Shown here piece after piece: positions 16,457 through 27,787 of a DNA stretch of 42,407 nucleotides. The DNA is from an uncultured Clostridia bacterium. GTDB taxonomy: Bacteria; Bacillota; Clostridia; Christensenellales; UBA1242. The stretch lies in the NCBI GenBank assembly GCA_944350095.1, contig CALVOB010000034.1:1-42407 (forward strand). The letters are read 5' to 3'. The notes beneath the pieces are model-generated. The model saw only the letters and a list, made by a program, of their open reading frames with translations. It was not told the DNA's origin and did not search any database. Position 1 is the first letter of the stretch. Each line of letters starts with the position of its first letter. The translations under genes and the position numbers were made by a program.

Positions 16457-18526
16457 TCACCTAAATACATCAACCACACCTTTAATTTGTTTTAACTTTT
16501 TTATTAACAAAGCTAACTCTTCTTTCTTTTTTACTTCTAGTTTTATAGTGGCATTTGTTGTACTATTCTTTGTATGAGAATCCATACTTTTAACCTTGAA
16601 GTTGTCAAGTTCTTTCACAACCTGAGTTATTAAATTAGGACAATCTTCTGCAACTATTTTTATAGTAGTTACAAAAGGTTTCTCACTATTTTCATCCCAT
16701 GTTGCATGAATTAAACGCTCACTTTCAAGATATTTTAAATTTGGACAATTATCACGGTGTATAGTAACACCTTTTCCTCTTGAAATATATCCTACAATTC
16801 CATCACCTTGAACAGGCGAACAACATCCAGCAAACCTAACAAGCATACCACTAGAACCGTCAACCAATATTCCATCTTTGTTTGTTTTTAAGGTTATTTG
16901 TTGAACTTCTGTTGGTTCTTTGTTTTTACTTATAGTTTTTTCATATTCCTGAATTAATTTATTTACAACAACTTTTGATGGCAAACTTCCATATCCAACC
17001 GCAGCGTAAAGTTCATCTAAATTAGCCACTGAATATTTATAGAATACTTCGTCTAAAAATTTATCTTGAAATAGTTTTTCTGTGGTAAAATCTCTATCTT
17101 TTATTGCTTCTTCTAAAATAGTTTTACCTTTCTTTATATTTTCTTCTTTTAATTCCTGTTTGAAAAATAATTTAATTTTTTGCCTTGCGTCCGCGGTTTT
17201 AACAATATTAAGCCAATCTCTAGATGGTCCTTTAGATGTAGAAGAAGTTAAAATTTCTACTATATCACCATTTGATAATTTGGTATCTAAAGGCTTAATT
17301 TTATTGTTTATCTTACCACCAACACAAGTATTTCCAACTTCTGTATGAATTGCATACGCAAAGTCTATTATAGTTGCACCTTCTGGAAATTCTATAACTT
17401 TTCCTTTTGGTGTTTGTACAAATATTGCTCCACCATAAAGATTTGTTTTTAAGGTTTGAATAAAGTCCTTTGAACTCATATCCTTACCCATTTCCATTAT
17501 TTCTCTTATCCAACTAAGCCTTGAATCTAACGAACTCTTTTTTGTACGCTTTTCTTTATACATCCAATGCGCCGCCACACCATATTCAGAGTTTTTATGC
17601 ATTTCAAAAGTTCTTATTTGAATTTCAAGTGGTCTATTATTTTCTGCAATAACTGTTGTATGCAAACTTTGATAACCGTTTGCTTTTGGATTAGCTATAT
17701 AATCTTTAACTCTTCCTGGCATAGGTCTATATATTGCATGAATTTTTCCTAAAACAGCATAACAATCTTCAATTTTATCAACTATCACTCTTAAAGCAAT
17801 TAAATCATATATTTTGGCAAGAGGTAAATGTTTGGATTGCATTTTTTTGTACACACTAGAAAAATGCTTTTGCCTTGCCATTATTTGACCTTTAATTCCT
17901 AATTCTTTTAAAATATTTTCTAATTTAGCTTTTGTAATTTCAATTTGTTTTTGATTTTCATCATGCTTTAAATTTACATTGTTTAATAAAGATTTATAAA
18001 CATTTGGTTCTAAAAGTTTTAAACACTCATCTTCCATTTCCGATTTTATAACATTTAGTCCCAATCTTTCTGCAAGAGGTGCAAAAATGTCTTTTACTTC
18101 AATTGTTAAATTTCTTTGTTCGGAATTTAATGGCAATTTATAGCTTTTTAGCTCAAATAAAAGGCAATAGAGCCTAATTATAAGCACTCTTAAGTCTTTA
18201 CTCATCGCAACAAGCATTTTCCTTAAATTCTCGGCTTCTTCCGTTCTAGTTTGCGTGTGCAAAGATTTTATAAGTTGTAAATTTTTAAAAAGTTCTAAGG
18301 TTTCTTCATCAAATATTGTTTTTATTTTATGTTCATCAATTTCAACCTTTTCAACAGCTTGGTCGAGTAAAAACGCACAAATAGTTTGATAGTCTAGTTT
18401 TAAATTTATAAGCTCCTCAATTATTTTTAAACATTTTTCTTGGTCTAAAATAGTAGTTAAATTTTTTAACTCTTCAATTTGATTGCTATTAGGTTTGAAA
18501 TTCTTTTCTATTATTTCAATAATCAT
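16457..18526 (-). CDS. relA: Long RSH (p)ppGpp synthetase Rel with degenerate hydrolase domain
   Basis: FAPLAERLG, RQKH, YQSLHTT, EIQIRT, TGS (DFAYAIHT), ZFD (CC.PV.GD), ACT; HD motif absent. Confidence 0.93.
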   Translation of the reverse strand: MIIEIIEKNFKPNSNQIEELKNLTTILDQEKCLKIIEELINLKLDYQTICAFLLDQAVEKVEIDEHKIKTIFDEETLELFKNLQLIKSLHTQTRTEEAENLRKMLVAMSKDLRVLIIRLYCLLFELKSYKLPLNSEQRNLTIEVKDIFAPLAERLGLNVIKSEMEDECLKLLEPNVYKSLLNNVNLKHDENQKQIEITKAKLENILKELGIKGQIMARQKHFSSVYKKMQSKHLPLAKIYDLIALRVIVDKIEDCYAVLGKIHAIYRPMPGRVKDYIANPKANGYQSLHTTVIAENNRPLEIQIRTFEMHKNSEYGVAAHWMYKEKRTKKSSLDSRLSWIREIMEMGKDMSSKDFIQTLKTNLYGGAIFVQTPKGKVIEFPEGATIIDFAYAIHTEVGNTCVGGKINNKIKPLDTKLSNGDIVEILTSSTSKGPSRDWLNIVKTADARQKIKLFFKQELKEENIKKGKTILEEAIKDRDFTTEKLFQDKFLDEVFYKYSVANLDELYAAVGYGSLPSKVVVNKLIQEYEKTISKNKEPTEVQQITLKTNKDGILVDGSSGMLVRFAGCCSPVQGDGIVGYISRGKGVTIHRDNCPNLKYLESERLIHATWDENSEKPFVTTIKIVAEDCPNLITQVVKELDNFKVKSMDSHTKNSTTNATIKLEVKKKEELALLIKKLKQIKGVVDVFR

Positions 18527-18528
18527 TT

Positions 18529-20883
18529 TTACTCCGTTACATTTTTTAATAACTTTGCCATATTATAAACACTTGATTTATTTAAGTCTGTTTTAATACT
18601 ATCATTAATTACAAATTTTGTTAAGCCATTTTCAATATATGTGTCTATTATATGAAGTTCAGAAAGAGTTAAATAACAAATTAAGAATGTTTCAAAATTA
18701 ATTGGCAACTTTAATTTGTTATATAGGTCTTCTTGACAAACAAATCCTGCCCTATATCTTTTTATAGCATTATAAATTTTGCCAAAAGTTTGTCTTGATA
18801 AGTCAATATTTTTAAAATTAGCTGAACCTTTTTTATTTAAAGGAAGATATACTTTTGCATCACTCAATTTGTTTATTCTTGAAATATAACCCCCATCTAA
18901 AACAGGGCTTAAAAAAACTATTCGCTCGAAATGTCTACAAAAATCTATATTTTCTGGACAAAGAAAAAGTGTATTAAAGCCTTTACATTCATTTCCATCA
19001 AACAAATTCAAATTTACAATTTTGTCCATATTATAATTAGTTATAAAATTATTATAGTCATTCATATTAAATGCTATAAAAGCAGTACCGAAATTTGTTG
19101 GTAAACTTACAAAATTAATTAGGTCTTGGTCAGTATAATAGTCATAAATTCTAGGAGATTTTTCAGAACAATATTTTAATGTTTCTATGTTTCCGTAATT
19201 AAAATTTTTATTATATAATAAAGGAAAATCAAAATTATTTGCTCTAACTATTCCTTTTAATGTTTGCTGGTAAGAATCATGTTGTAATTCGAAAATAATT
19301 GATTTATTTTTGCAATATTTTAATCTATTATGGTCATTTACATAGTTAAACTGGACAAAGTTAATTTTATTTTGCATCTTAATTTGACAATGATAACTAA
19401 AATTTTTCATTGGTGCAATATCTAATTTGTCTATTGATATTTTAAATTTAGGATTAGAATTTGCAAGACCAAAAGGTTCTAATTTTTGTAAACTTTCTAA
19501 AAGTGCTTTATTTAAATCGTTTGCATTTACTTCAATATCATAATATTGTACTGGTGTGAATACTTCATCATTGATATTATTTAAAATATATTCATTAACC
19601 TTCTGCTTAAATATCGGTAAATTTTCTTTTTTTATTGTCAGTCCAGCAGCAACAGTGTGGCCACCAAAAGTTTCTAACATGTCTTTCATTGAATTTAAAA
19701 GTAAGTGTACATTTATTTCAGGGATACTTCTTGCTGAACCTTTTGCATCTTCTTCTAGTTCAGAAAAGAGAAAAACTGGTCTATTATATTCTTCCACTAG
19801 CCTTGCACATACTATTCCTAAAATGCCTTGGTCCCATTTTTTAGAAGATAAAATAATACATTTATTTATGCTCATATTTTCATCTTCTAACATTCGTTTG
19901 CAATCTTCATAGACCTTTGCACAAAGTTCTTGCCTTTTTTGGTTATGTTTTGATACTTTTTCTAAAAGTTTTTTTATTTCTACAGGATCGGTTTCAAGAT
20001 ATAACTTTAAAGAATCTGCAGCATCACCCATTCGGCCAGCAGCATTAATTTTAGGTGCAATTTTATAAGAAATATCAGTAGAATTTGCTTTTGTTAAAGG
20101 CATCTTTTGTTCTTTAAAAAGCATTTTTAACCCTATTGGCAAATATGCATCTAAAAGCTTTAAACCTCTATACACAATTGTCCTATTTTCATCTATCAAA
20201 GGAACTATATCTGCTATGGTTGCAATGCTAGCAATTGGTAAAAATTGTTCAGCTTCTTTTCCTAATATTGCCTCAGATATTTTATAGGCAAGCCCTGTTC
20301 CGCAAAGTTCACGAAATGGATATTCTTGATTTTCAAGTTTTGCATTTAAAACAATACCATCAGGCAAAATTTCTGGAATTTCATGGTGGTCTGTAACAAT
20401 TATTTCAATGCCAAGAGATTTAGCATATTCAACCTCTTGATAACATGATATTCCACAATCTACTGTAATTATAAGATCTGGTGAATATTTTTCTTTAATT
20501 TTATCAATTACTGCACAGGTTAAGCCATAGCCATCTACAAATCTGTTAGGAAGATAATATTTAGGTTTAACACCTAAAATATTTAAAGTTTTAATCATGA
20601 TGGCTGTTGCGCTAATACCATCTACATCATAATCACCAAAAATTAAAATTTTTTCTTTGTTTAATATGGCAGTTTTTACCCTATTTACCAGCTTATCCAT
20701 ATTTTTGATTAAAAAAGGATTGTGTGTAAGTGTAGGATTTAAAAAGTTTTCCACCTTTTCAATAGTATCATATCCGCGTGAAATAACTAGCTCCCCTGCA
20801 ATTTTTGAAAGCCCAAATTTATTCATGATATCTTGAAGAAAAGAAGCATTAATGCTCCCGTTAAAATATTTTAATAATTTCAT
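18529..20883 (-). CDS. recJ: Single-stranded-DNA-specific exonuclease RecJ
   Basis: GDYDVDG, TVDCG, TDHH, APKINAAGR, GGH motifs. Confidence 0.96.
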   Translation of the reverse strand: MKLLKYFNGSINASFLQDIMNKFGLSKIAGELVISRGYDTIEKVENFLNPTLTHNPFLIKNMDKLVNRVKTAILNKEKILIFGDYDVDGISATAIMIKTLNILGVKPKYYLPNRFVDGYGLTCAVIDKIKEKYSPDLIITVDCGISCYQEVEYAKSLGIEIIVTDHHEIPEILPDGIVLNAKLENQEYPFRELCGTGLAYKISEAILGKEAEQFLPIASIATIADIVPLIDENRTIVYRGLKLLDAYLPIGLKMLFKEQKMPLTKANSTDISYKIAPKINAAGRMGDAADSLKLYLETDPVEIKKLLEKVSKHNQKRQELCAKVYEDCKRMLEDENMSINKCIILSSKKWDQGILGIVCARLVEEYNRPVFLFSELEEDAKGSARSIPEINVHLLLNSMKDMLETFGGHTVAAGLTIKKENLPIFKQKVNEYILNNINDEVFTPVQYYDIEVNANDLNKALLESLQKLEPFGLANSNPKFKISIDKLDIAPMKNFSYHCQIKMQNKINFVQFNYVNDHNRLKYCKNKSIIFELQHDSYQQTLKGIVRANNFDFPLLYNKNFNYGNIETLKYCSEKSPRIYDYYTDQDLINFVSLPTNFGTAFIAFNMNDYNNFITNYNMDKIVNLNLFDGNECKGFNTLFLCPENIDFCRHFERIVFLSPVLDGGYISRINKLSDAKVYLPLNKKGSANFKNIDLSRQTFGKIYNAIKRYRAGFVCQEDLYNKLKLPINFETFLICYLTLSELHIIDTYIENGLTKFVINDSIKTDLNKSSVYNMAKLLKNVTE

Positions 20884-20967
20884 AAAACCTAATATGCAAA
20901 TTTTAAATTTGCTACCTTATGATTTTATTATAATATTAAAAAAAGAATAATGCAAATAATTTTTGCA

Positions 20968-21900
20968 TTATTCTTTGACTTCTTCTTTATTTTCGGATTT
21001 ATTATCCTTTTTAACTTTTATTCTTCTTCTATAAGCCATAGCCCAAAGATGAGGAACTAAAATTTGAGAAGTATATACGCAAGCTATGAATCCAAGAGCT
21101 ATTGATATAGAACTTGAAAGATTGTAGAATGCAAATGCACCTATTGCAACTAAACTAGTTAGTGTTATTAAAATTAATGAATGAGCAAAATTTTGTTGAG
21201 TGGATTTAATAACTTCTTCATTAGATGCTTTGAGTAACGCCTCTTCTTTGCTATTATCAACAAGTTTACTATAAAATAAAGTATTTAATACAATTGAGAA
21301 TATAGCTGTAGCAACAATTGCGATTCCAAAGTGAGTTGTTATAGGAAGTCTACAAATGAGAGTTAAAGATATCATTAAAAGTGTATCTAGTATAACAGAA
21401 AGTACTATACTAAATGCATTAGCTACGCTATGTCTTAAAGCTATATAAACAAAAATTCCAACCAAGCCAACAAGTATAGCTAACCCACAACCAGCAAAAG
21501 TCATAGTCATATTTTGTGGTTCAATATATCCGCTAACTTTAATATAGGTTTGTTCTAATAAAGAATCTTGATCATAACCAAAAGATTCAATCAATTCATT
21601 TTTTATATTTTGTTCTAGTGAATCTGTATTTTCAATTTTTGTTGTAAATTTTACTGCAATTACATCGCCATAATCATCTTTTTCAAGAGAGTACTCTCTA
21701 ACTGATAAATCTTTATCTTTAAGTACTTCATCAATTTTATTCAAAGCTTCTGAAATTTCATAATTACCTGTATTCACTTCAATTAAATGATAACCGCTTA
21801 ATTCTAAAGATTTATTAAAACCTACTGTAAAAAATAATACAATACCTAATATTAAAACCAAAACAGGAGCTAAAATTCTTAACCAAAAATTAGATTTCAT
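20968..21900 (-). CDS. secF: Divergent protein translocase subunit SecF
   Basis: 1 TM + external loop + 5 TM topology, GFNKSLELSG, YIALR; follows secD, precedes recJ. Confidence 0.8.
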   Translation of the reverse strand: MKSNFWLRILAPVLVLILGIVLFFTVGFNKSLELSGYHLIEVNTGNYEISEALNKIDEVLKDKDLSVREYSLEKDDYGDVIAVKFTTKIENTDSLEQNIKNELIESFGYDQDSLLEQTYIKVSGYIEPQNMTMTFAGCGLAILVGLVGIFVYIALRHSVANAFSIVLSVILDTLLMISLTLICRLPITTHFGIAIVATAIFSIVLNTLFYSKLVDNSKEEALLKASNEEVIKSTQQNFAHSLILITLTSLVAIGAFAFYNLSSSISIALGFIACVYTSQILVPHLWAMAYRRRIKVKKDNKSENKEEVKE

Positions 21901-23224
21901 TTACGTTTTCTCCCCTTTTAAAACCAAGTTTCTTTGCATTTGAGCTGTTTATTGGAAGATACCATTTCATAAATGCTTTTGTAGCTAAAAGTGTTGTAAA
22001 TAATCCCATTAAACAAGAAATAGTTAGAATAATACCAAAACTCATTGTAAACACATCACCTAAGAACCACATAACAAATGAAGCAATAATTGCACAAACA
22101 TTAATGTCAACTATTGGTAAGATAGATTTTTTATACCCAGATTTTACAGACAAATGAATCTTTTTGCCGTAAGAATATTCTTTTGCAATATTATTAAACA
22201 TTATTGCATGTGATATAAATAATATTCCAAGCCCTAAAGCAAGTGCAATAAAACCACCAAAAGTTAATAATACAAGTGGTATAGCTTGCATGAAGAATAC
22301 TACAAGTATTGCATAAATTAATAAACTAAGCAATGAAATCCAGCCAAAATCTTTAAACTTAACTACCATTAGTACTACATAAATTATAGCTAAAACAGCA
22401 AGTGCTACACAAGCAAATGTTGCAAAATTCATGCCTAATGTTGCTGGTATTTCTACAACTGAATTTGGACCTTGTGAAAGCTTTGTATCTAGTGTTCCAA
22501 CTAGAACTCTTAAAGCAAACTGATTAGCAGTTTCTTGAGAATTTATTCCACCACCTGAAAGGAAAAGTACGCCATTTGTTTGAGCTTCTGTTATTCCTCC
22601 AACAGATTGATAGAGTTCGTCGTCCATGTAAATATAAATTGTATTTCCACTTGATGCAACTGTTGTAGTTAAATCCTCGTATTTTTCAGCACCAGATTTT
22701 CCCGACGAACTACTTTGAGTAAATTCTATTATTACCCCCCAAGAAAACTCTGTTTCAGATGTTTGCATTCTTGTTGCGTAAACATTAGATATATCTTCAC
22801 CTACAATATCACTATCTGAAATATCAGCGGTATCAGAACTTTTAATGTAAATATCACCTGCACTACCTAATGTACTAATTAAAGTTTTAGGATTATTATT
22901 TTTAGATACAGTAAGTCTGATTTGACTATCGCCTTGCTTTGCAACTATTGCATCTGAATATCCTTGATTTACTAAAACATTGCTAATAAATTTTACAGAG
23001 GAGTCGATTTCCTCATCAAGAGATTTACTATCGTCCTCTAAAACAATGTCGTAAACAACAGAATATCCCCCTGCTACATCTAAGCCAAGAGGTATTGAAT
23101 TTGCAAATCCATTAAAATTGCTTGTAGTAAATGGAATTGCAAAACTAAAAATTGATAGTGCTAACCCAATAGCTACTGCAATAGATACAAATAAATATTT
23201 TAATATACTTGATTTTTTGGTCAT
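21890..23224 (-). CDS. secD: Divergent protein translocase subunit SecD
   Basis: LGLDVAGG motif, IPATLG, 1+5 TM topology, GYKKS..PIVDIN. Confidence 0.85.
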   Translation of the reverse strand: MTKKSSILKYLFVSIAVAIGLALSIFSFAIPFTTSNFNGFANSIPLGLDVAGGYSVVYDIVLEDDSKSLDEEIDSSVKFISNVLVNQGYSDAIVAKQGDSQIRLTVSKNNNPKTLISTLGSAGDIYIKSSDTADISDSDIVGEDISNVYATRMQTSETEFSWGVIIEFTQSSSSGKSGAEKYEDLTTTVASSGNTIYIYMDDELYQSVGGITEAQTNGVLFLSGGGINSQETANQFALRVLVGTLDTKLSQGPNSVVEIPATLGMNFATFACVALAVLAIIYVVLMVVKFKDFGWISLLSLLIYAILVVFFMQAIPLVLLTFGGFIALALGLGILFISHAIMFNNIAKEYSYGKKIHLSVKSGYKKSILPIVDINVCAIIASFVMWFLGDVFTMSFGIILTISCLMGLFTTLLATKAFMKWYLPINSSNAKKLGFKRGENVNEI

Positions 23225-23265
23225 TATCCTATCGCCCTTTATTTATATTAATTAAACACTTAGGT

Positions 23266-23294
23266 AGTATAGTAAAAACAGCGACTGCTGTCAA
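23266..23294 (-). promoter_or_regulatory. Sigma-A promoter of secDF
   Basis: TTGACA-17 bp-TATACT. Confidence 0.65.
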
Positions 23295-23346
23295 ATGTTT
23301 TTTTAAATATTGACAAAAAAGTTGAATTTAATTCATGATTAATAAA

Positions 23347-23375
23347 GAATATAAAGCACACTTCTTTCATATTGT
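23347..23375 (+). promoter_or_regulatory. Candidate sporulation sigma-E/K-type promoter
   Basis: GAATATA-14 bp-CATATTGT just upstream of GGAGG RBS. Confidence 0.35.
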
Positions 23376-23390
23376 ACATTGGAGGCATAT

Positions 23391-23810
23391 ATGGAAAAAT
23401 TGAAAAAAAGAGTAAAAGAACATTCAGGAGAAGGTTCATTTTTTCTAAACACTTTAAAAGGTTCGTTGATAGCTCTTTGTATATCTTTAATAGGAATATT
23501 AATTTTTGCTTTTATTATAAGGTTTATTTCAATACCTGATAGTGCTATTTCACCTATAAATCAAGTTATAAAGGGTGTAAGTATATTAGTTGGTTGTTTT
23601 ATAGGGTTAAAAAAATCTAAGGAAATGGGCTTTATTTCTGGTCTTGTAATTGGCATTTTTTATACAATTATAGCTTTCATAACTTTTTCTATTTTAGATG
23701 GAAAATTTGTTTTTTCTAAAACAATTTTAAATGATTTATTATTTGGCGGAATAATAGGAGCAATTTGCGGAATTATAGCAGTTAACTTTATAGGAAAGAA
23801 AAAAGCATAA
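23391..23810 (+). CDS. TIGR04086/DUF3792 (YrzE-like) 4-TM membrane protein
   Basis: Four TM helices, G...G...G.FY and GAICGIIAVN pattern; start at ATG 23391 after GGAGG; usual neighbour of yajC/tgt. Confidence 0.8.
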   Translation: MEKLKKRVKEHSGEGSFFLNTLKGSLIALCISLIGILIFAFIIRFISIPDSAISPINQVIKGVSILVGCFIGLKKSKEMGFISGLVIGIFYTIIAFITFSILDGKFVFSKTILNDLLFGGIIGAICGIIAVNFIGKKKA

Positions 23811-23957
23811 GCATATACAACGATATTGATAAACTAATTTAAAAACTTAGATAGTATATGTTAATTATATATTTAAATTTTTATTGACTTTTTATGCTAT
23901 TTTTGATAATTTATATTTGAGAATTATGTTCTTAATTTTATAAAAGGGGTAAAACAA

Positions 23958-24167
23958 ATGAAAACTGCGGCTAAAGTTTTTATTATTATTGGCATGGTTG
24001 TTGGCTTCTGGACAATTCTTCCTTTGATTTTTGGAGGTATTGCTCTCAGTCAAATGAAAACACGCAAACCTTCAACAGGAATAAGCGTTTGTGTCTTATT
24101 GTTTTGTAATTTGTTAGGCGGAATTTTTCTACTTTGCTCAAACGATAACGAATATATTAATCAATAA
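23958..24167 (+). CDS. Small hypothetical membrane protein (69 aa)
   Basis: AAGGGGT RBS, hydrophobic, followed by terminator. Confidence 0.7.
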   Translation: MKTAAKVFIIIGMVVGFWTILPLIFGGIALSQMKTRKPSTGISVCVLLFCNLLGGIFLLCSNDNEYINQ

Positions 24168-24180
24168 TAATAATAACATT

Positions 24181-24214
24181 AAAAAAATTGTCAAATTTTT
24201 TTGACAATTTTTTT
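24181..24214. terminator. Bidirectional intrinsic terminator
   Basis: AAAAAAATTGTCAAA...TTTGACAATTTTTTT between convergent genes. Confidence 0.65.
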
Positions 24215-24244
24215 ATAATTTATGAAGTAAACTTAAATACTTTA

Positions 24245-24781
24245 CTATGCTTTTTTATTTGAATTTTTAGATTTTGAAGATTTTTTAACAGGTTTTTCGT
24301 CTACCTTTTCTTCTACTTTAATTTCATTAGAAACTTCTTCTACATTTGTTTCTTCTGGTTTTACTTCTACCACTTCAGCTTTTTCATCAGATTTTTGTTC
24401 TTTATTTTTTTTGTCTTCTTTAACATTTTCTGTTATAGGTTCGCCATCTGTACCAAAAATTTTATCTTTGTTATCTGCGAAAGAATAAACTGCATCTATA
24501 GTTACACAAACATAACCGCTATTTTTACCTTCGCCTGTTTGCAAAGTTAAAAATTTGCCATTTTGCTTCTCTAAGATTTCAACAACCTTTCCCATAATAC
24601 CAGAATATGTTATAACATAATCACCTTTGCGGATAGTTTCATAAAGTTCCGTTCTTTTTTCTCTATCTTTTTTATTTCTAATATACATAAAAATAGGATA
24701 AAGAATTAAAAGTGCTGCCACAACTACTATTAAAGTTATTTGTGCAGGGTCAAGAAACATTAAGCTTGATAAATTAAACAT
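24245..24781 (-). CDS. yajC: Preprotein translocase subunit YajC with charged C-terminal tail
   Basis: N-terminal TM, I.KGD.V.T.SGI.G.V motif, downstream of tgt. Confidence 0.88.
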   Translation of the reverse strand: MFNLSSLMFLDPAQITLIVVVAALLILYPIFMYIRNKKDREKRTELYETIRKGDYVITYSGIMGKVVEILEKQNGKFLTLQTGEGKNSGYVCVTIDAVYSFADNKDKIFGTDGEPITENVKEDKKNKEQKSDEKAEVVEVKPEETNVEEVSNEIKVEEKVDEKPVKKSSKSKNSNKKA

Positions 24782-24944
24782 TAAAATTCTCCTTTTAAAT
24801 TAACATTCCAAAAATTACTAGCGCTATTAAAGCACAAATTGGAATAATAATATTTGTGACTGAAATAAGTAACATACTTTTCTCCATGTCAAAATTCATT
24901 CTACCATAGTTTAGAAAAAAAACAAATGAATTTTTGACGAATTT

Positions 24945-26057
<1,113 letters not shown>

Positions 26058-26064
26058 TCAATCC

Positions 26065-26715
26065 TTATGAAAAATATTTGTCATTATTATTATTTAACTT
26101 GTTATAAAGTTTTTTGTTTACATATTCAACCATATAATAAGTTCTTTCGTCTATTTCACCTGTTATGTTTGCAATGCTTACAAGTTTTTGTTTATGCTCT
26201 TTAACTTCTTTTAAACTCATAACTTTATATTCAGAAAGCTTGTAAACCGTTTTTCCATCTTCTATTACATCTTCGCCAAAATAATCTTTTTTAGGTATTA
26301 AAGTTTCAAAAACAACAATTGGCCTTACATCTTTTGTATCTATTAAAATTTCTTCTTTTGGAATCATATCTGTTGAATATTGAAAATTAGAATTTATAGG
26401 ATTACCTAAATAACTTGTATAATTTTCTACCCAATACATAGTTTTACCAAAAGCTTTTTCATAACCCCTAAAAAAGCCTAATACTGCTCCACGCTTGTTT
26501 AAAACGAGCTTTTCTTTTTTTGTTTCACCTATTTTAAAATTATTTTTTATAAATTCGCCTATATTAATTATTTCAGCATCATATATGTACACATTATCAA
26601 ATTCACTTTCATAATATGCATTTACTATAAAAAAAGATTGGTCACCCAAATTTTGTAAACTAACATCAGAAAGTGCTTGAAGTTCTTTTGCAATTTTTAT
26701 ATTTAATTCTTCCAT
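26065..26715 (-). CDS. Hypothetical protein (216 aa)
   Basis: Long ORF between queA and tgt; upstream TTGACA-17-TAGAGT (26722-26750); no recognisable motif. Confidence 0.7.
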   Translation of the reverse strand: MEELNIKIAKELQALSDVSLQNLGDQSFFIVNAYYESEFDNVYIYDAEIINIGEFIKNNFKIGETKKEKLVLNKRGAVLGFFRGYEKAFGKTMYWVENYTSYLGNPINSNFQYSTDMIPKEEILIDTKDVRPIVVFETLIPKKDYFGEDVIEDGKTVYKLSEYKVMSLKEVKEHKQKLVSIANITGEIDERTYYMVEYVNKKLYNKLNNNNDKYFS

Positions 26716-26752
26716 AAATTTACTCTATCAAATTTTACACTATTTGTCAATA

Positions 26753-27787
26753 TTAAAGTAATAACATAGCATCACCAAAGCTAAAAAAACGATATTTTTC
26801 TTTGACTGCTAAATTATATAAATTTAAAGTTTCCTCCACCCCACAAAATGCTGAAACAAGCATAATAAGCGTAGATTCTGGTAAATGGAAATTAGTAATT
26901 AAATGGTCTACAGCTTTAAATTTGTATGGCGGATAAATAAAGATTTTTGTTTCTCCAAATGCTGGTTTTAAAATGCCGTTTTCGTCTGCACATGTTTCTA
27001 AAACTCTTACAGATGTAGTTCCAACTGCTACAATTTTCCCACCATTTTTTCTTGCTTCATTTATAATATTTGCATTTTCTTCGGTAAGTTTATAATATTC
27101 TGAATGCATATCATGTTTTAAAATGTCATCTTCTTTAACAGGTCTAAAAGTACCAAGCCCAACATGAAGTAAAACTTCAACTATTTTCACGCCTTTTTCC
27201 TTAATTTTTTCTAAAAGTTCTGGCGTAAAGTGAAGCCCAGCTGTTGGAGCTGCACTTGAACCATCTATTTTTGAATATACAGTTTGATATCTTTCCTTGT
27301 TTTCAAGTCTTTTTCTTATATAAGGTGGAAGTGGTGTTTCACCAATTTCAGCTAAAATTTCTTCAAAATGTCCATCATAAACAAATTCGATATCACATTC
27401 ACCATATTCATATTTTTGTTTAATTATACAAGCAAGTTTATTAGAAAAAATAACCTTTGTTCCAACCTTTAATCTTTTAAATGGTCTAGCTATTGCTTTC
27501 CAATTTTTTAAATCTGTTCTTTTTTGAAGTAATATTTCAATATTAGCACCTGTTTCTTCTTTTTTTCCATAAAGTCTAGCAGGTAAAACTCTGGAATTGT
27601 TTACTACTAGCACATCGCCTTTATTTAAGAAATCTATCAAATTGTAAAAATGTTTATGAGATATTTCCTTAGTACTTCTATCATAAATTAAAAGTCTTGA
27701 AGAATCCCTAGGTTCCAATGGTGTTTGTGCAATTAATTCCTCTGGAAGATAATAGTTATAAGTGCTTCTTTTTGTATAATCAATCAT
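26753..27787 (-). CDS. queA: S-adenosylmethionine:tRNA ribosyltransferase-isomerase
   Basis: [48 protein letters not shown]. Confidence 0.98.
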   Translation of the reverse strand: MIDYTKRSTYNYYLPEELIAQTPLEPRDSSRLLIYDRSTKEISHKHFYNLIDFLNKGDVLVVNNSRVLPARLYGKKEETGANIEILLQKRTDLKNWKAIARPFKRLKVGTKVIFSNKLACIIKQKYEYGECDIEFVYDGHFEEILAEIGETPLPPYIRKRLENKERYQTVYSKIDGSSAAPTAGLHFTPELLEKIKEKGVKIVEVLLHVGLGTFRPVKEDDILKHDMHSEYYKLTEENANIINEARKNGGKIVAVGTTSVRVLETCADENGILKPAFGETKIFIYPPYKFKAVDHLITNFHLPESTLIMLVSAFCGVEETLNLYNLAVKEKYRFFSFGDAMLLL

